Assembly (NCBI GenBank): GCA_965202785.1
Contig: OZ241855.1
Coordinates: forward strand, 320,001-384,000
Direction of reading: 5' to 3'
Length of the DNA stretch: 64,000 bases
Origin: Thermodesulfobacteriota bacterium
GTDB lineage: Bacteria > Desulfobacterota_D > UBA1144 > Nemesobacterales > Nemesobacteraceae
Of the stretch, positions 1 through 9,522 are shown piece after piece. The position numbers were made by a program, and so were the translations under genes. The notes beneath the pieces were generated by a model that made no database searches, was not told the origin of the DNA, and worked only from the letters and a program-made list of their open reading frames with translations. Numbering within the stretch: position 1 is the first letter of the stretch; each line of letters starts with the position of its first letter.

Positions 1-1518
1 CTGCTCGCGAAAAGAAGCAATATCAGAGTCGAGAAGTTTTCTCTGGGTTTCGGCCCTAAACTCGTTTCTTTTGTAAGAGGCGAAACGGAATATCTGATTT
101 CAGCCCTTCCCCTCGGGGGATACGTGAAGATGTACGGTGAGGGCAAGGAAGATAACGTAATTGTCGAAAACGTTTCGGGCACTGAATCGCCACTTGCCTC
201 AGGGGACAGAATTACCGGGATAAAAGGATTCAATCTTAAGGAATATGCAAGCTGGGAAAGGCTTCTCTACGCACTAAAATCAGACCCGCACCAGGAAAAA
301 GAACTCGAAGTTGAAAGAGATGGCAAGATCCACACCCTCACCGTCAGCAGCCTGACCCTTTACGATATAGAGGCTTACTACGAAAAGGACTACCACAGGG
401 GGTTTTCCGGCAAGTCTCTTACAGACAGATTCCTGGTGGTCATAGCGGGGCCGGCTATGAATTTCATAATTCCCTTTTTCTTCATGCCCCTTGTGTTCAT
501 GTTCGGCATAAGCGTCTCAGGTTATCTGGAAGATCCTCCTGACATAACTTACGTAAAGAAAGACTCTCCCGCCCATCTCTCAGGATTCACCGCGGGCGAC
601 AGGATACTCAGCATAAACGGAAAAGAAGTCAAAAACTGGAAAGACGTGAACATCGCTGTTCACTCAAATCCCGATTCGCTGCTTGAATTCAAGGTGAAAA
701 CCGGAAACGAAACCAGAATTCTCACCCTTTTCGCCAAAGCCGGTTCCGATGGCAGAGTAGAGACCGGATTCGCAAGGCCCATAGAAGCAACCATAGCGGA
801 GGTAACCGAGGGTCTCCCCGCCTGGGGAGCGGGGATACGTCCGGGAGACAGGATCAAGGCGATAGACGGCGTAGAGGTTACGGACTGGAACCATATGTCG
901 GACATAATAGTTGAAAGCGGTGGCAAGGAGCTTGATTTTACGATTGAGCGTGGTGGAGAAAAGATGCATTTTCGCTTGGCGGCGGAAATGCAAGAAGACA
1001 TCGAACGCTACATAGTCGGCATCACACCAAGCACAGACAGAGTGCTTAAAAAATACGGTTTCTTTGAATCGATTAGCAGGGGAATAGCAGAAGCGGCGCG
1101 TATGACAGTTGAGATTACCATTCTTTTCTTCGGCTTCCTGTTCAAGCTCGTAACAGGGAAAATAGCGCTCGCAACAGCCGGAAAGACGGTCGCGGGGCCG
1201 CTTCTCATCGCCAAGGTATCAGGGGACGTCGCTCAAAGCGGCATATCAAACCTCCTCCAGTTCACCTCGCTTATAAGCATAAATCTCGCGCTCATAAATC
1301 TTCTCCCCATACCGATGCTCGACGGAGGACACCTGCTTTATCTAGCGATTGAGAAAATAAAGAGAAAGCCGCTTAGCATAAAGACCCTCGAAATAACCCA
1401 GCGAATCGGGTTTTCCTTTCTTATTTTCATCATGGCGGCGGCTCTGTATAACGACATTCTCAGGATGCGTGGAGACATATTCTCGCAGTTCGGCAGAATT
1501 CTGGACCTTTTCCGGTAA
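1..1518 (+). CDS. rseP: RIP metalloprotease RseP (5'-truncated by window edge)
   Basis: Frame is open from base 1 (FSLGFGPKL...LPLGGYVKM); contains AGP, PDZ domains and NLLPIPMLDGGH. Confidence 0.95.
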   Translation: MLAKRSNIRVEKFSLGFGPKLVSFVRGETEYLISALPLGGYVKMYGEGKEDNVIVENVSGTESPLASGDRITGIKGFNLKEYASWERLLYALKSDPHQEKELEVERDGKIHTLTVSSLTLYDIEAYYEKDYHRGFSGKSLTDRFLVVIAGPAMNFIIPFFFMPLVFMFGISVSGYLEDPPDITYVKKDSPAHLSGFTAGDRILSINGKEVKNWKDVNIAVHSNPDSLLEFKVKTGNETRILTLFAKAGSDGRVETGFARPIEATIAEVTEGLPAWGAGIRPGDRIKAIDGVEVTDWNHMSDIIVESGGKELDFTIERGGEKMHFRLAAEMQEDIERYIVGITPSTDRVLKKYGFFESISRGIAEAARMTVEITILFFGFLFKLVTGKIALATAGKTVAGPLLIAKVSGDVAQSGISNLLQFTSLISINLALINLLPIPMLDGGHLLYLAIEKIKRKPLSIKTLEITQRIGFSFLIFIMAAALYNDILRMRGDIFSQFGRILDLFR

Positions 1519-1538
1519 AATTACCTACGAGCAAGCCG

Positions 1539-1967
1539 ATGACCATGGAAAAGGACAGCGAAGAAATACTCAAGATCAACAACCTTTTTTACGAGGCCCT
1601 GGGAACCAGAAATCTAGAGCTAATGGGAGAGGTCTGGGTAAAGGACTCAAGGTCCGGTTGCGTCCACCCGGGATGGACAGCTCTTCGCAACTGGGAAGCC
1701 ATAAGGCAGAGCTGGGAAAGCGTTTTTGACCCTGAGGATCAGGTTGACATCAGCATTTCAAACGTGACCGTGGATATAAACGACAACATCGCTTGGGTTA
1801 CCTGCCTGCAGGAGATGGTATACATAAAAAGGGACCCGGTCATGTTCAATCTCTCTCAGTCAACCAACATATTCGAAAAGCAAAACGGTAGGTGGCTTAT
1901 GATCTTTCATCATGCTTCGCCGATTCCCATAAGGGGTTACGAACCGGAGAAAAAGACCATACAGTAG
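1539..1967 (+). CDS. SnoaL-like / NTF2-fold protein
   Basis: N..FYEAL, CVHPGW, TNIFE, W.M..HHAS pattern. Confidence 0.85.
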   Translation: MTMEKDSEEILKINNLFYEALGTRNLELMGEVWVKDSRSGCVHPGWTALRNWEAIRQSWESVFDPEDQVDISISNVTVDINDNIAWVTCLQEMVYIKRDPVMFNLSQSTNIFEKQNGRWLMIFHHASPIPIRGYEPEKKTIQ

Positions 1968-2020
1968 GTGCTTCTACGCTTCCTCCGCCTCTTGTGGCAA
2001 TAAGTTGAGAGAGGAAAGAC

Positions 2021-2878
2021 CTACCCAGAAACTGGATTTTGATAGTCAGTCTTTTCTAATCTTTCCGGTATTTCTTCAAGAGATCTGGACAATGAGTAAA
2101 TTACTTTTGCTACTAAGGCAGCTCCGACAACCACGTTGAGAACTGGAATACTCAAAGCCGCAAGCAAAATCGCAAATTTTCCAGCTTTGATACCGGTCGC
2201 ACGCAAAGACATCGATTTAAACCGTTCCATAGTAATTTCACCAGAACGGAATCTTTTATACATCTCCATAACTACAAGCGATACCGACAGCAAAGACAGA
2301 ACTGGAAAGAATTCCCAAATAGATGTATTAGCTTCTTCAGAAATCAGTCTATCAACGAATTTTTCTACTCTCACCGTAAGTTCTTGATTTGAAAAACCGG
2401 AGGAGGGAAGATTCAATTCAGATGCAATTTCCTCCGAAACTAAGATTTCGCCATCCGGATATTTATCCATCCATTCTTCAACATAATCTGTGTTGTCAGT
2501 AGTTTTGAGTTGTATTTCCCAACTCTCTCCAGTCTCGTAATCGTTTAAAACAACATCAAACCCCTTATGGTTTGTCTCTGGAAACATCGCCGCAGTGACA
2601 CTGTCACCATCACTGTTTTCAAGACTAACAAACTCCATTTCGTGAAGTATTCCTTTTACGTTGGAAACAACTCCCACTATCTGGTTCTCAGATAGCGCAT
2701 TCAAGTAATCTCGCACGCTATCTATATCTTGAGTTTTGCCTGAATACCTCCTGAATGCCGCAAGAACTGCCTGATCCTGCTCAGTAGATTCAAAACCATC
2801 CCGGATCGCCTGCAGTGATGCTATGATCGCCAATTCATCAAAGTTGGTTTTAAGGAATTTAACAGTTGAACTAATCAT
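2021..2878 (-). CDS. Hypothetical protein with a PD-(D/E)xK-like motif and C-terminal hydrophobic helices
   Basis: KGILHE...NHKGFDVV...EIQLK; ATG at 2878 overlaps the end of the upstream gene; two hydrophobic C-terminal stretches. Confidence 0.6.
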   Translation of the reverse strand: MISSTVKFLKTNFDELAIIASLQAIRDGFESTEQDQAVLAAFRRYSGKTQDIDSVRDYLNALSENQIVGVVSNVKGILHEMEFVSLENSDGDSVTAAMFPETNHKGFDVVLNDYETGESWEIQLKTTDNTDYVEEWMDKYPDGEILVSEEIASELNLPSSGFSNQELTVRVEKFVDRLISEEANTSIWEFFPVLSLLSVSLVVMEMYKRFRSGEITMERFKSMSLRATGIKAGKFAILLAALSIPVLNVVVGAALVAKVIYSLSRSLEEIPERLEKTDYQNPVSG

Positions 2879-3434
2879 TGCCCTCACCACGAATATCCTT
2901 TGCATGTGCCTCGGCACTTGCCTTGTCCGTAGACTTTTTTCCTTCCTTTTCCCCTTTTTTCCATATATCTCTTATCTGTTCAGGTTTAAGGAGCTGCCCT
3001 TTAGCCTTATGAATAAAATAAGCATCCATAACTCTTCCAATACCGTAGGTCAGTCCGTAGACCAAGGGGATTGTCATGAAACCTCCTAGGAAAGGTAACC
3101 CGGTCTTATATGCCCCGATGGCTAACTGCTGCGCTAAGTAACCAAGACCGACTGCTCCTGAGATCTCCTTTAATGTGGAGATAACATCATTTTTCGTAAC
3201 CGGCAAACCTCTGACTGCCGCAATGCGTGTACCCATGACAATCTGAATAGGAGTAAGAATAAAGATATCCGCAAATGGAATCGGCTGAATCGCAACTCCA
3301 GCACAGATTGCGGCGGTAATTTTAATAATTCTTCCTATTTTTTGGTCATCCGTAATATCTGTTCTATCTTCTATTGCGGTATACTCTTTTTTAAGCTTCT
3401 CAATAGCTTTGTCCATAAAATTCTTTTCACTCAT
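2871..3434 (-). CDS. DUF697-like membrane-associated protein
   Basis: QPIPFADIFILTPIQ..M...IA motif followed by Gly/Ala-rich hydrophobic helices. Confidence 0.7.
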   Translation of the reverse strand: MSEKNFMDKAIEKLKKEYTAIEDRTDITDDQKIGRIIKITAAICAGVAIQPIPFADIFILTPIQIVMGTRIAAVRGLPVTKNDVISTLKEISGAVGLGYLAQQLAIGAYKTGLPFLGGFMTIPLVYGLTYGIGRVMDAYFIHKAKGQLLKPEQIRDIWKKGEKEGKKSTDKASAEAHAKDIRGEGND

Positions 3435-3617
3435 TGTTCTTCTTCCTTTCTAATGAATCAACCGCTTCTCGAATAGTCCGTATGCAGTAATCTAGTTTGG
3501 ATATGTTATATCCTTTAGACGTATCTTTTCTAAGCGAACCAATATGTTCTTCAGTCTGAAAACGCAATTCCTTAAGGCATTTATAGCAAGACAAGTGGAG
3601 GAAGAGTTTTTCGCTTT

Positions 3618-4105
3618 TTAACTCATTCTCTCTAGATAAATGGAGGCACCTAGTTTTTCTAGCTGTGCGGCTTTTTTCTTTACCTCGGAAGAAAGCTTCT
3701 TTTTGTACTCCGCTACCGCACGTGAGAGTTCCGGATCGGCAACGGAAAGAATTTCAACTGCAAGGATGCCGGCGTTTTTCGCCCCGCCGAGGCAACCGTG
3801 GCAACCGGAACGCCCGAGGGCATTTATGAGTCCCATTCAATCGAATTTGAGGATTTTATCCCCTTGGGGAAACGGAGGCCACCATTCCCGGAAGATGCGC
3901 CGCACCCCCCGCCCCGGCTATTATGATTTTAATCCCCCTTTTATGAGCTTTTTTTGAAATCCACAAGCCGCTCCGGAGTTCTATGCGCCGAGACTATGGT
4001 AACTTCATGTCCTACTCCGAACTGTTCCAGAATCTCAACCGCTTCCCCCATGACTGGAAGATCCGAGTCAGAGCCCATGATAACGCTTACCAAAACAGGT
4101 TTCAT
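3618..4105 (-). pseudogene. purE: N5-CAIR mutase PurE, disrupted
   Basis: Manual translation gives [17 protein letters not shown]...[41 protein letters not shown] and GAKNAGILA across different frames, with stops and missing segments; ATGA overlap with purK. Confidence 0.85.
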
Positions 4106-5253
4106 GCTATCGCCCTCAGGTTGTTCATTATGAATCTCGCTTTCTCGAGCGCGCCTGAAATATCATCGTCAAGCACGGTGACATGCCCCATCTTTCTGTA
4201 AGGCTTGGTAAGGGTTTTACCGTATATGTGGAACTTGGCTCCTTCAACGCCCATGCATCCACGAAGTCCCTCGTACCTTACTTCGCCCTCGAAACCCGGC
4301 TGCCCGAGAATGTTAATCATAACAGAAGGAGTTTTTATTTCAGTATCCCCCGGGGGAAGATCAAGAATCGATCTCAGACACTGCTCATACTGCGAGGTGC
4401 GAGCCGCGTCAATTGTGTGATGCCCGCTGTTATGCGGTCTCGGAGCGGATTCGTTTATGAGGATATCGCCTTTTTTGGAAACAAACATCTCAACCGCAAG
4501 TATCCCGCACATGTCAAAAGACCTTATCGTGCGCTCGGCAAGTTCACATGCCTGAGCGGACATTGTGTCGTCAAGCTCGCAGGGACTTATCAGGAATTCA
4601 ACTATGTTTGCATTGCTGTTAAACAGCATTTCTACCGGGGGAAAACATTTCGTTTCTCCGGTGGAATTACGCGAGACTATAACGGAAATTTCCTTTTCCA
4701 CATCAACGAGGTCTTCAATAACGGATTCTCCTTCTAAAAGATCGCCGAGCTGTTCCTTTTCTCTGACGACATAAACTCCTCTTCCGTCATAACCCGTCCT
4801 TGAAAGTTTCTGGACGAAAGGAATTTCTATCTCACCGGACCCGACGGCCGCAGCTATAGCTTCTTTCCCCGGAAAGACCGAAAAATCGGCCGTGGGGAGT
4901 CCCTTTGAGACATAGAACTCTTTCTGCTTCGCCTTGTCCTGTATGAGTTCAAGCGCGTGGGGCTCAGGCCTTATTACAACTCCTTCTTCCCGCAGTCGGA
5001 AAAGCGCCTGCAGGTTCACATGCTCAATCTCTATTGTCAGGATGTCAACATTTCTGCCAAACTCGTAGACATCCTCGTAATTCCTGAAATCTCCATGGGT
5101 AAACCCGGTGCACACGGAAGCCGCCGGACAATCAGCGGAAGGATCGAGCACATAGGTGCGGAGGTTCCAGTTGCTCGCAACCAGACAGAGCATTTTCCCG
5201 AGCTGACCGCCTCCGAGAATTCCTAGTTTTACATGTTCAAAATCCATGGCCAT
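4102..5253 (-). CDS. purK: N5-CAIR synthase (ATP-grasp)
   Basis: [35 protein letters not shown]. Confidence 0.95.
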   Translation of the reverse strand: MAMDFEHVKLGILGGGQLGKMLCLVASNWNLRTYVLDPSADCPAASVCTGFTHGDFRNYEDVYEFGRNVDILTIEIEHVNLQALFRLREEGVVIRPEPHALELIQDKAKQKEFYVSKGLPTADFSVFPGKEAIAAAVGSGEIEIPFVQKLSRTGYDGRGVYVVREKEQLGDLLEGESVIEDLVDVEKEISVIVSRNSTGETKCFPPVEMLFNSNANIVEFLISPCELDDTMSAQACELAERTIRSFDMCGILAVEMFVSKKGDILINESAPRPHNSGHHTIDAARTSQYEQCLRSILDLPPGDTEIKTPSVMINILGQPGFEGEVRYEGLRGCMGVEGAKFHIYGKTLTKPYRKMGHVTVLDDDISGALEKARFIMNNLRAIA

Positions 5254-5266
5254 TATACGCCGGGAG

Positions 5267-5926
5267 CTACAAGTCAATAATTGAGAGCAGTTCCATCGGA
5301 GTTTCTATAAGATGTTCGGCTCCATTTTCACGAAGCTCATCTCCTGTTCGAAAACCCCAGAGAACTCCCACTGGAAGCATACCCGCCCCGACGGCGGTAA
5401 GCATGTCCACTCCCGAGTCTCCAAGGTAAACCATCTGTGACGAATCAATTCCAAGTTCCCTTGATATCCGCAGCGCTCCTGAGGGATCGGGTTTTCTCGG
5501 AATTTCATCCCTCTGACCTATGACTATCTCGAAATTCCAGTCCGCAAGCAGATCCTCCACGTATTTTTCGGTAAACACGTGCGGCTTGTTGGTAAGAATC
5601 GCCTTTTTCAGACCTCTTTTGGAAAGCTCGTTCAGAAGATCCGGTATGCCGTCATAAAGAGTAGTTTTTACGTTAAAGGCACGGCTGTAGATGCTGTTGA
5701 AATCGGTAAGGCATTTTTCAACGACAGCATCATCGTTTCTTTTGTCCTCGGGGAGGGCCCTGGACACCATGACCTTTGGACCTTTTCCTATAAAGTACTT
5801 GTAGCACCCGTTCGCGCGTGGCGGAAATCCGTTTATTCCGAGCGCCTGATTCACGGCATCAGCAAGATCCTCAAGAGAGTCAATCAGGGTTCCGTCAAGA
5901 TCAAATACAACTGCTCCGTAGCTCAT
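5267..5926 (-). CDS. HAD-family hydrolase (phosphoglycolate phosphatase-like)
   Basis: FDLDGTL, TNK, KPDP, GDS..D motifs. Confidence 0.9.
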   Translation of the reverse strand: MSYGAVVFDLDGTLIDSLEDLADAVNQALGINGFPPRANGCYKYFIGKGPKVMVSRALPEDKRNDDAVVEKCLTDFNSIYSRAFNVKTTLYDGIPDLLNELSKRGLKKAILTNKPHVFTEKYVEDLLADWNFEIVIGQRDEIPRKPDPSGALRISRELGIDSSQMVYLGDSGVDMLTAVGAGMLPVGVLWGFRTGDELRENGAEHLIETPMELLSIIDL

Positions 5927-6151
5927 AGTCCCGCACTGAATTGTAGAACCTCTAGAATTTCCCGGCCGACCATGTACTTGTCGCTAATTCCCATTTTCGC
6001 CGCTTTTGCTGACTTCAATCTCCGTATCGGTCGGCCGGTTCGCGATCGTTACGCCTTGCTTAACGTCACAGACCGTTATTTTATCTCATGTCGGTCTTTC
6101 ATTCAAAAAGGGGTTCTGTCCGTTATAATAAAACTGCTTGAGGTATACAAT

Positions 6152-7048
6152 ATGAAGGGTAGATACTGTTGCCGATTTTATACCGCGCTGTTTTTTTTCC
6201 TGTTTCTGCTGGCGGGTTGCGGAGGAGAAAACGAATTTGTTTTTGAGGTGGCGAAGATCGGGGAGGGGGAAATTGAAACGGCGAATCCGGAAGGTTCCAC
6301 GGCCCGGAAACTGCACCCCAGAGATTTCGAGATGGAGGAAGACTGGGTTGAAACAACCTGTTCTGTGTATGAGGGTGAAGACCTTCCGCTTCCCGGCGAA
6401 AAGCTGAATAAGAACTTTCTTCTTGACGGGAACTCCGCCTGGAGCTGCGCAAGAAACACGAGATCATTCCGGATCGAAACGGAAATCCGTTTTCACGATG
6501 ACGGAACGTACCGTAACAGGCTAACTAGGTGGGAAATTTCCCTCGCGGACGCGCCGGTTTCCACTCCTCCCGAGCAGGGATGTCACAGGAGAGGAATGCC
6601 CCACAATTCCTCTTGGGAAACAGAAGAATTCGGGTTCGCTTTTGACAGGAGGGGACAATGGGGCGGGGAATGGAGGGTTTATGGCGGGCGTCTTTACTTA
6701 AAGGAAGAGGGTCTTCCCGGCAGACTCAAGTCGTACGCCTTCTCTTTTAACGGAGACGAACCGGCATTAACGCTTGACGACATGGTGGAGACATATTCCG
6801 ACGGATCGTCAATTAATTACCAGGAGGATCTGGAACCTTCTGAATTGAACAGCGAGGAAATAAGGCGGAAGCGGGAAGAACAGCGACGGCAACACGAGCA
6901 GACTGAAGAGTTCAGAAATTGTCTAGATGACTATGTTGGGTCTGAGCTTATAGGGTTTTGCCAGCTAGAGGACCCTCAGCTGTGGAAATCTGAACTCAGG
7001 GACACGGGAACCGAGTGCCGCGTCGCGGGACGAAGCGATATTGACTGA
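6152..7048 (+). CDS. Hypothetical lipoprotein
   Basis: ATG at 6152 after GAGG; signal peptide with lipobox LAGC. The longer track ORF starting at 5579 overlaps the HAD gene on the opposite strand. Confidence 0.75.
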   Translation: MKGRYCCRFYTALFFFLFLLAGCGGENEFVFEVAKIGEGEIETANPEGSTARKLHPRDFEMEEDWVETTCSVYEGEDLPLPGEKLNKNFLLDGNSAWSCARNTRSFRIETEIRFHDDGTYRNRLTRWEISLADAPVSTPPEQGCHRRGMPHNSSWETEEFGFAFDRRGQWGGEWRVYGGRLYLKEEGLPGRLKSYAFSFNGDEPALTLDDMVETYSDGSSINYQEDLEPSELNSEEIRRKREEQRRQHEQTEEFRNCLDDYVGSELIGFCQLEDPQLWKSELRDTGTECRVAGRSDID

Positions 7049-7272
7049 AATCCCGACCCGTAACCGAAAACAATAGAGACTTGGGACACGACGAAAATAT
7101 CGTGAAGAAATTTTCCGGGAAAACACTTTACATACAGTTTTTGAGCGCCGCTCTCGAATAATCGAACCTGTCCGAACCTTTCTAACGGAAGAAACTTCTG
7201 GCACTCTAAAACCAGATTCGACCGGGGAAAACCGAAGGTGTTACTCAAACTGAAAGACCGAGGTATGAACAG

Positions 7273-8601
7273 TTGTCAATAACAGTAATCGGCGCGGGGC
7301 TCGCAGGCGTTGAAGCCGCGAACCAGATATCAAAGTTTGGAGTAAGGGTGACTCTCTATGAAATGAGGCCCCGCAGGAAAACCGCCGCGCACAGAACTTC
7401 GGGTCTCGCGGAGCTTGTGTGCAGCAATTCCCTGAAATCGGCATCCATGGAGAACGCCTCCGGAATACTCAAAGAGGAAATGAAATCTCTAGGTTCGCTT
7501 GTGATCGAGGCGGCCGTGGCGGCCAGGGTTCCTGCCGGAAAAGCTCTTGCGGTAGACAGGGAGATATTCTCGGATTACATAACGCGAAAAATCCAAGGCA
7601 ACGAACTTATAGACTTAAAGAGGGAAGAGGTAACAAAAATACCCGGAGACGGGATCGTGATCGTGGCCACCGGTCCACTCACCTCGGATGCACTTTGCGC
7701 GGAGATCTCCTCGCTCACGGAATCCGAATACCTTTACTTCTACGACGCCATCTCGCCGATAATCGACGCGGATACAATCGACCGCTCGAAAATCTTCAGG
7801 GGATCAAGATATGACCACGGAGACTCAGAAGAGGGGGACTATCTCAACTGTCCGCTCTCTGAGGATCAGTACTACGAGCTTGTGGAGGACCTGGTTCGCG
7901 GAGAAAAAGTGGAGACCAGAGAGTTCGAGAAGGCAATCTACTTCCAAAGCTGCATGCCGGTTGAGGTTATGTGTGAAAGAGGAAAGGATACTCTTAGGTT
8001 CGGCCCCTTAAAACCCGTCGGCCTAGTTGACCCGAGGACCGGGAAAACCCCCTTTGCCGTCCTGCAGCTAAGAACGGAGAACAGCGAGGAAACAATGTAC
8101 AACATGGTGGGATTTCAGACAAAGCTCAGATACCCCCAGCAAAGAGCCGTTTTCAGAAAGGTCCCGGGGCTTGAAAGGGCAGAGTTTCTAAGATACGGAA
8201 GCGTGCACAGAAACACGTACATAGATTCCCCTAGGCTCCTTGAGAAAGACCTTTCCCTGAGTTCCCGTCCAAACGTTTTTTTCGCCGGACAGATCACGGG
8301 AGTTGAAGGATATATCGAGTCCGCCGCAACGGGAATCGTCTGCGGAATAAACGCTTCGAGAAAAGCACTCGGACTCGCACCTGCCTACGTTCCAAGGGAA
8401 ACATCCATAGGTTCCCTGCTTGAGTACATCTCGACCCCCGGAAAAACCGGGTTTCAGCCGATGAACATAAACTTCGGGCTTTTCCCTAAGGTGGAAGGCA
8501 GGATGGGAAAAGAGAAAAAACGCAAACTTATAGCACAAAAGGCCCTTGAGAGCATCGGCGCGTACAGCCCTTACGAGCAGATGAGGTGTCGGAATATTTG
8601 A
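7273..8601 (+). CDS. trmFO: Folate/FAD-dependent tRNA m5U54 methyltransferase
   Basis: GAGLAG, ELVCSNS, YDAISPI, GFQTKL, AGQITGVEGY. Confidence 0.95.
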   Translation: MSITVIGAGLAGVEAANQISKFGVRVTLYEMRPRRKTAAHRTSGLAELVCSNSLKSASMENASGILKEEMKSLGSLVIEAAVAARVPAGKALAVDREIFSDYITRKIQGNELIDLKREEVTKIPGDGIVIVATGPLTSDALCAEISSLTESEYLYFYDAISPIIDADTIDRSKIFRGSRYDHGDSEEGDYLNCPLSEDQYYELVEDLVRGEKVETREFEKAIYFQSCMPVEVMCERGKDTLRFGPLKPVGLVDPRTGKTPFAVLQLRTENSEETMYNMVGFQTKLRYPQQRAVFRKVPGLERAEFLRYGSVHRNTYIDSPRLLEKDLSLSSRPNVFFAGQITGVEGYIESAATGIVCGINASRKALGLAPAYVPRETSIGSLLEYISTPGKTGFQPMNINFGLFPKVEGRMGKEKKRKLIAQKALESIGAYSPYEQMRCRNI

Positions 8602-8625
8602 TTCTCATATTTTAATGGTAGTATT

Positions 8626-9522
8626 TTGCCGGTCATGACATATCAGGAACTTATTCTGGCTCTTCAGGATTACTGGTCATCCAAGGGATGTTTGGTGGTC
8701 CAGCCCTACGACATAGAAAAAGGCGCCGGAACTTTTCATCCGGCCACATTCCTGCGCTGCCTCGGGCCCGAGCCCTGGCATGTGGCATATGTCGAACCTT
8801 CAAGGAGACCGACCGACGGAAGATACGGAGATAATCCCAACAGGCTTCAGCACTACTATCAGTTCCAGGTGATAATAAAACCTTCTCCCGATGATATTCA
8901 GGAACTTTTCCTCGATAGCCTCAAGTCATTCGGAATAAACCCGCTTGAGCACGACATAAGGTTCGTTGAGGATGACTGGGAATCCCCGACGCTCGGAGCG
9001 TGGGGACTTGGGTGGGAGGTTTGGCTTGACGGTATGGAAATAACCCAGTTCACATATTTTCAGCAGGCGGGCGGAATAGATCTTGATCCGATATCGGCCG
9101 AGATAACGTACGGAACCGAAAGAATAGCGATGTACCTTCAGGAAGTTGAAAGCGTTTACGATCTTGAATGGACAAAGGGAATAACGTACGGGGAGATTCA
9201 TCATCAGAGCGAAGTCCAGTTCTCAAAGTACAACTTCGAGGAATCCGATCCCGCGATGCTAAGCGACCTGTTTAACATGTACGAACAGGAATGCAGATCT
9301 CTTATCGAAAAGCAGCTTCCCCTCCCCGCTTACGAATACTGTCTTAAAAGTTCGCACACCTTCAACCTGCTTGACGCGAGAGGGGCGATAGGGGTAGCCG
9401 AGCGGGCCTCATACATAGCGAGGGTAAGGACGCTTGCGAATCTGTGCGCGACTTCATATCTGCAGACCAGAGAAAACCTAGGATTCCCCCTCCTGAAAAA
9501 CAACCCATGGAAAAAGAACTAA
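8626..9522 (+). CDS. glyQ: Glycine-tRNA ligase alpha subunit
   Basis: [37 protein letters not shown]. Confidence 0.97.
   Translation: MPVMTYQELILALQDYWSSKGCLVVQPYDIEKGAGTFHPATFLRCLGPEPWHVAYVEPSRRPTDGRYGDNPNRLQHYYQFQVIIKPSPDDIQELFLDSLKSFGINPLEHDIRFVEDDWESPTLGAWGLGWEVWLDGMEITQFTYFQQAGGIDLDPISAEITYGTERIAMYLQEVESVYDLEWTKGITYGEIHHQSEVQFSKYNFEESDPAMLSDLFNMYEQECRSLIEKQLPLPAYEYCLKSSHTFNLLDARGAIGVAERASYIARVRTLANLCATSYLQTRENLGFPLLKNNPWKKN

Noticed and set aside
1980-3603. Weak inverted similarity (TTCCTCC..CTTGT) flanking the AT-rich cassette
   Set aside because: Short and gapped; no target duplication or transposase
5579-6151. 5' part of the 489-aa track ORF
   Set aside because: Antisense to the HAD gene; the real start is the lipoprotein signal at 6152
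7049-7272. 224-nt leader before trmFO as a possible riboswitch or T-box
   Set aside because: No T-box or riboswitch consensus and no convincing terminator
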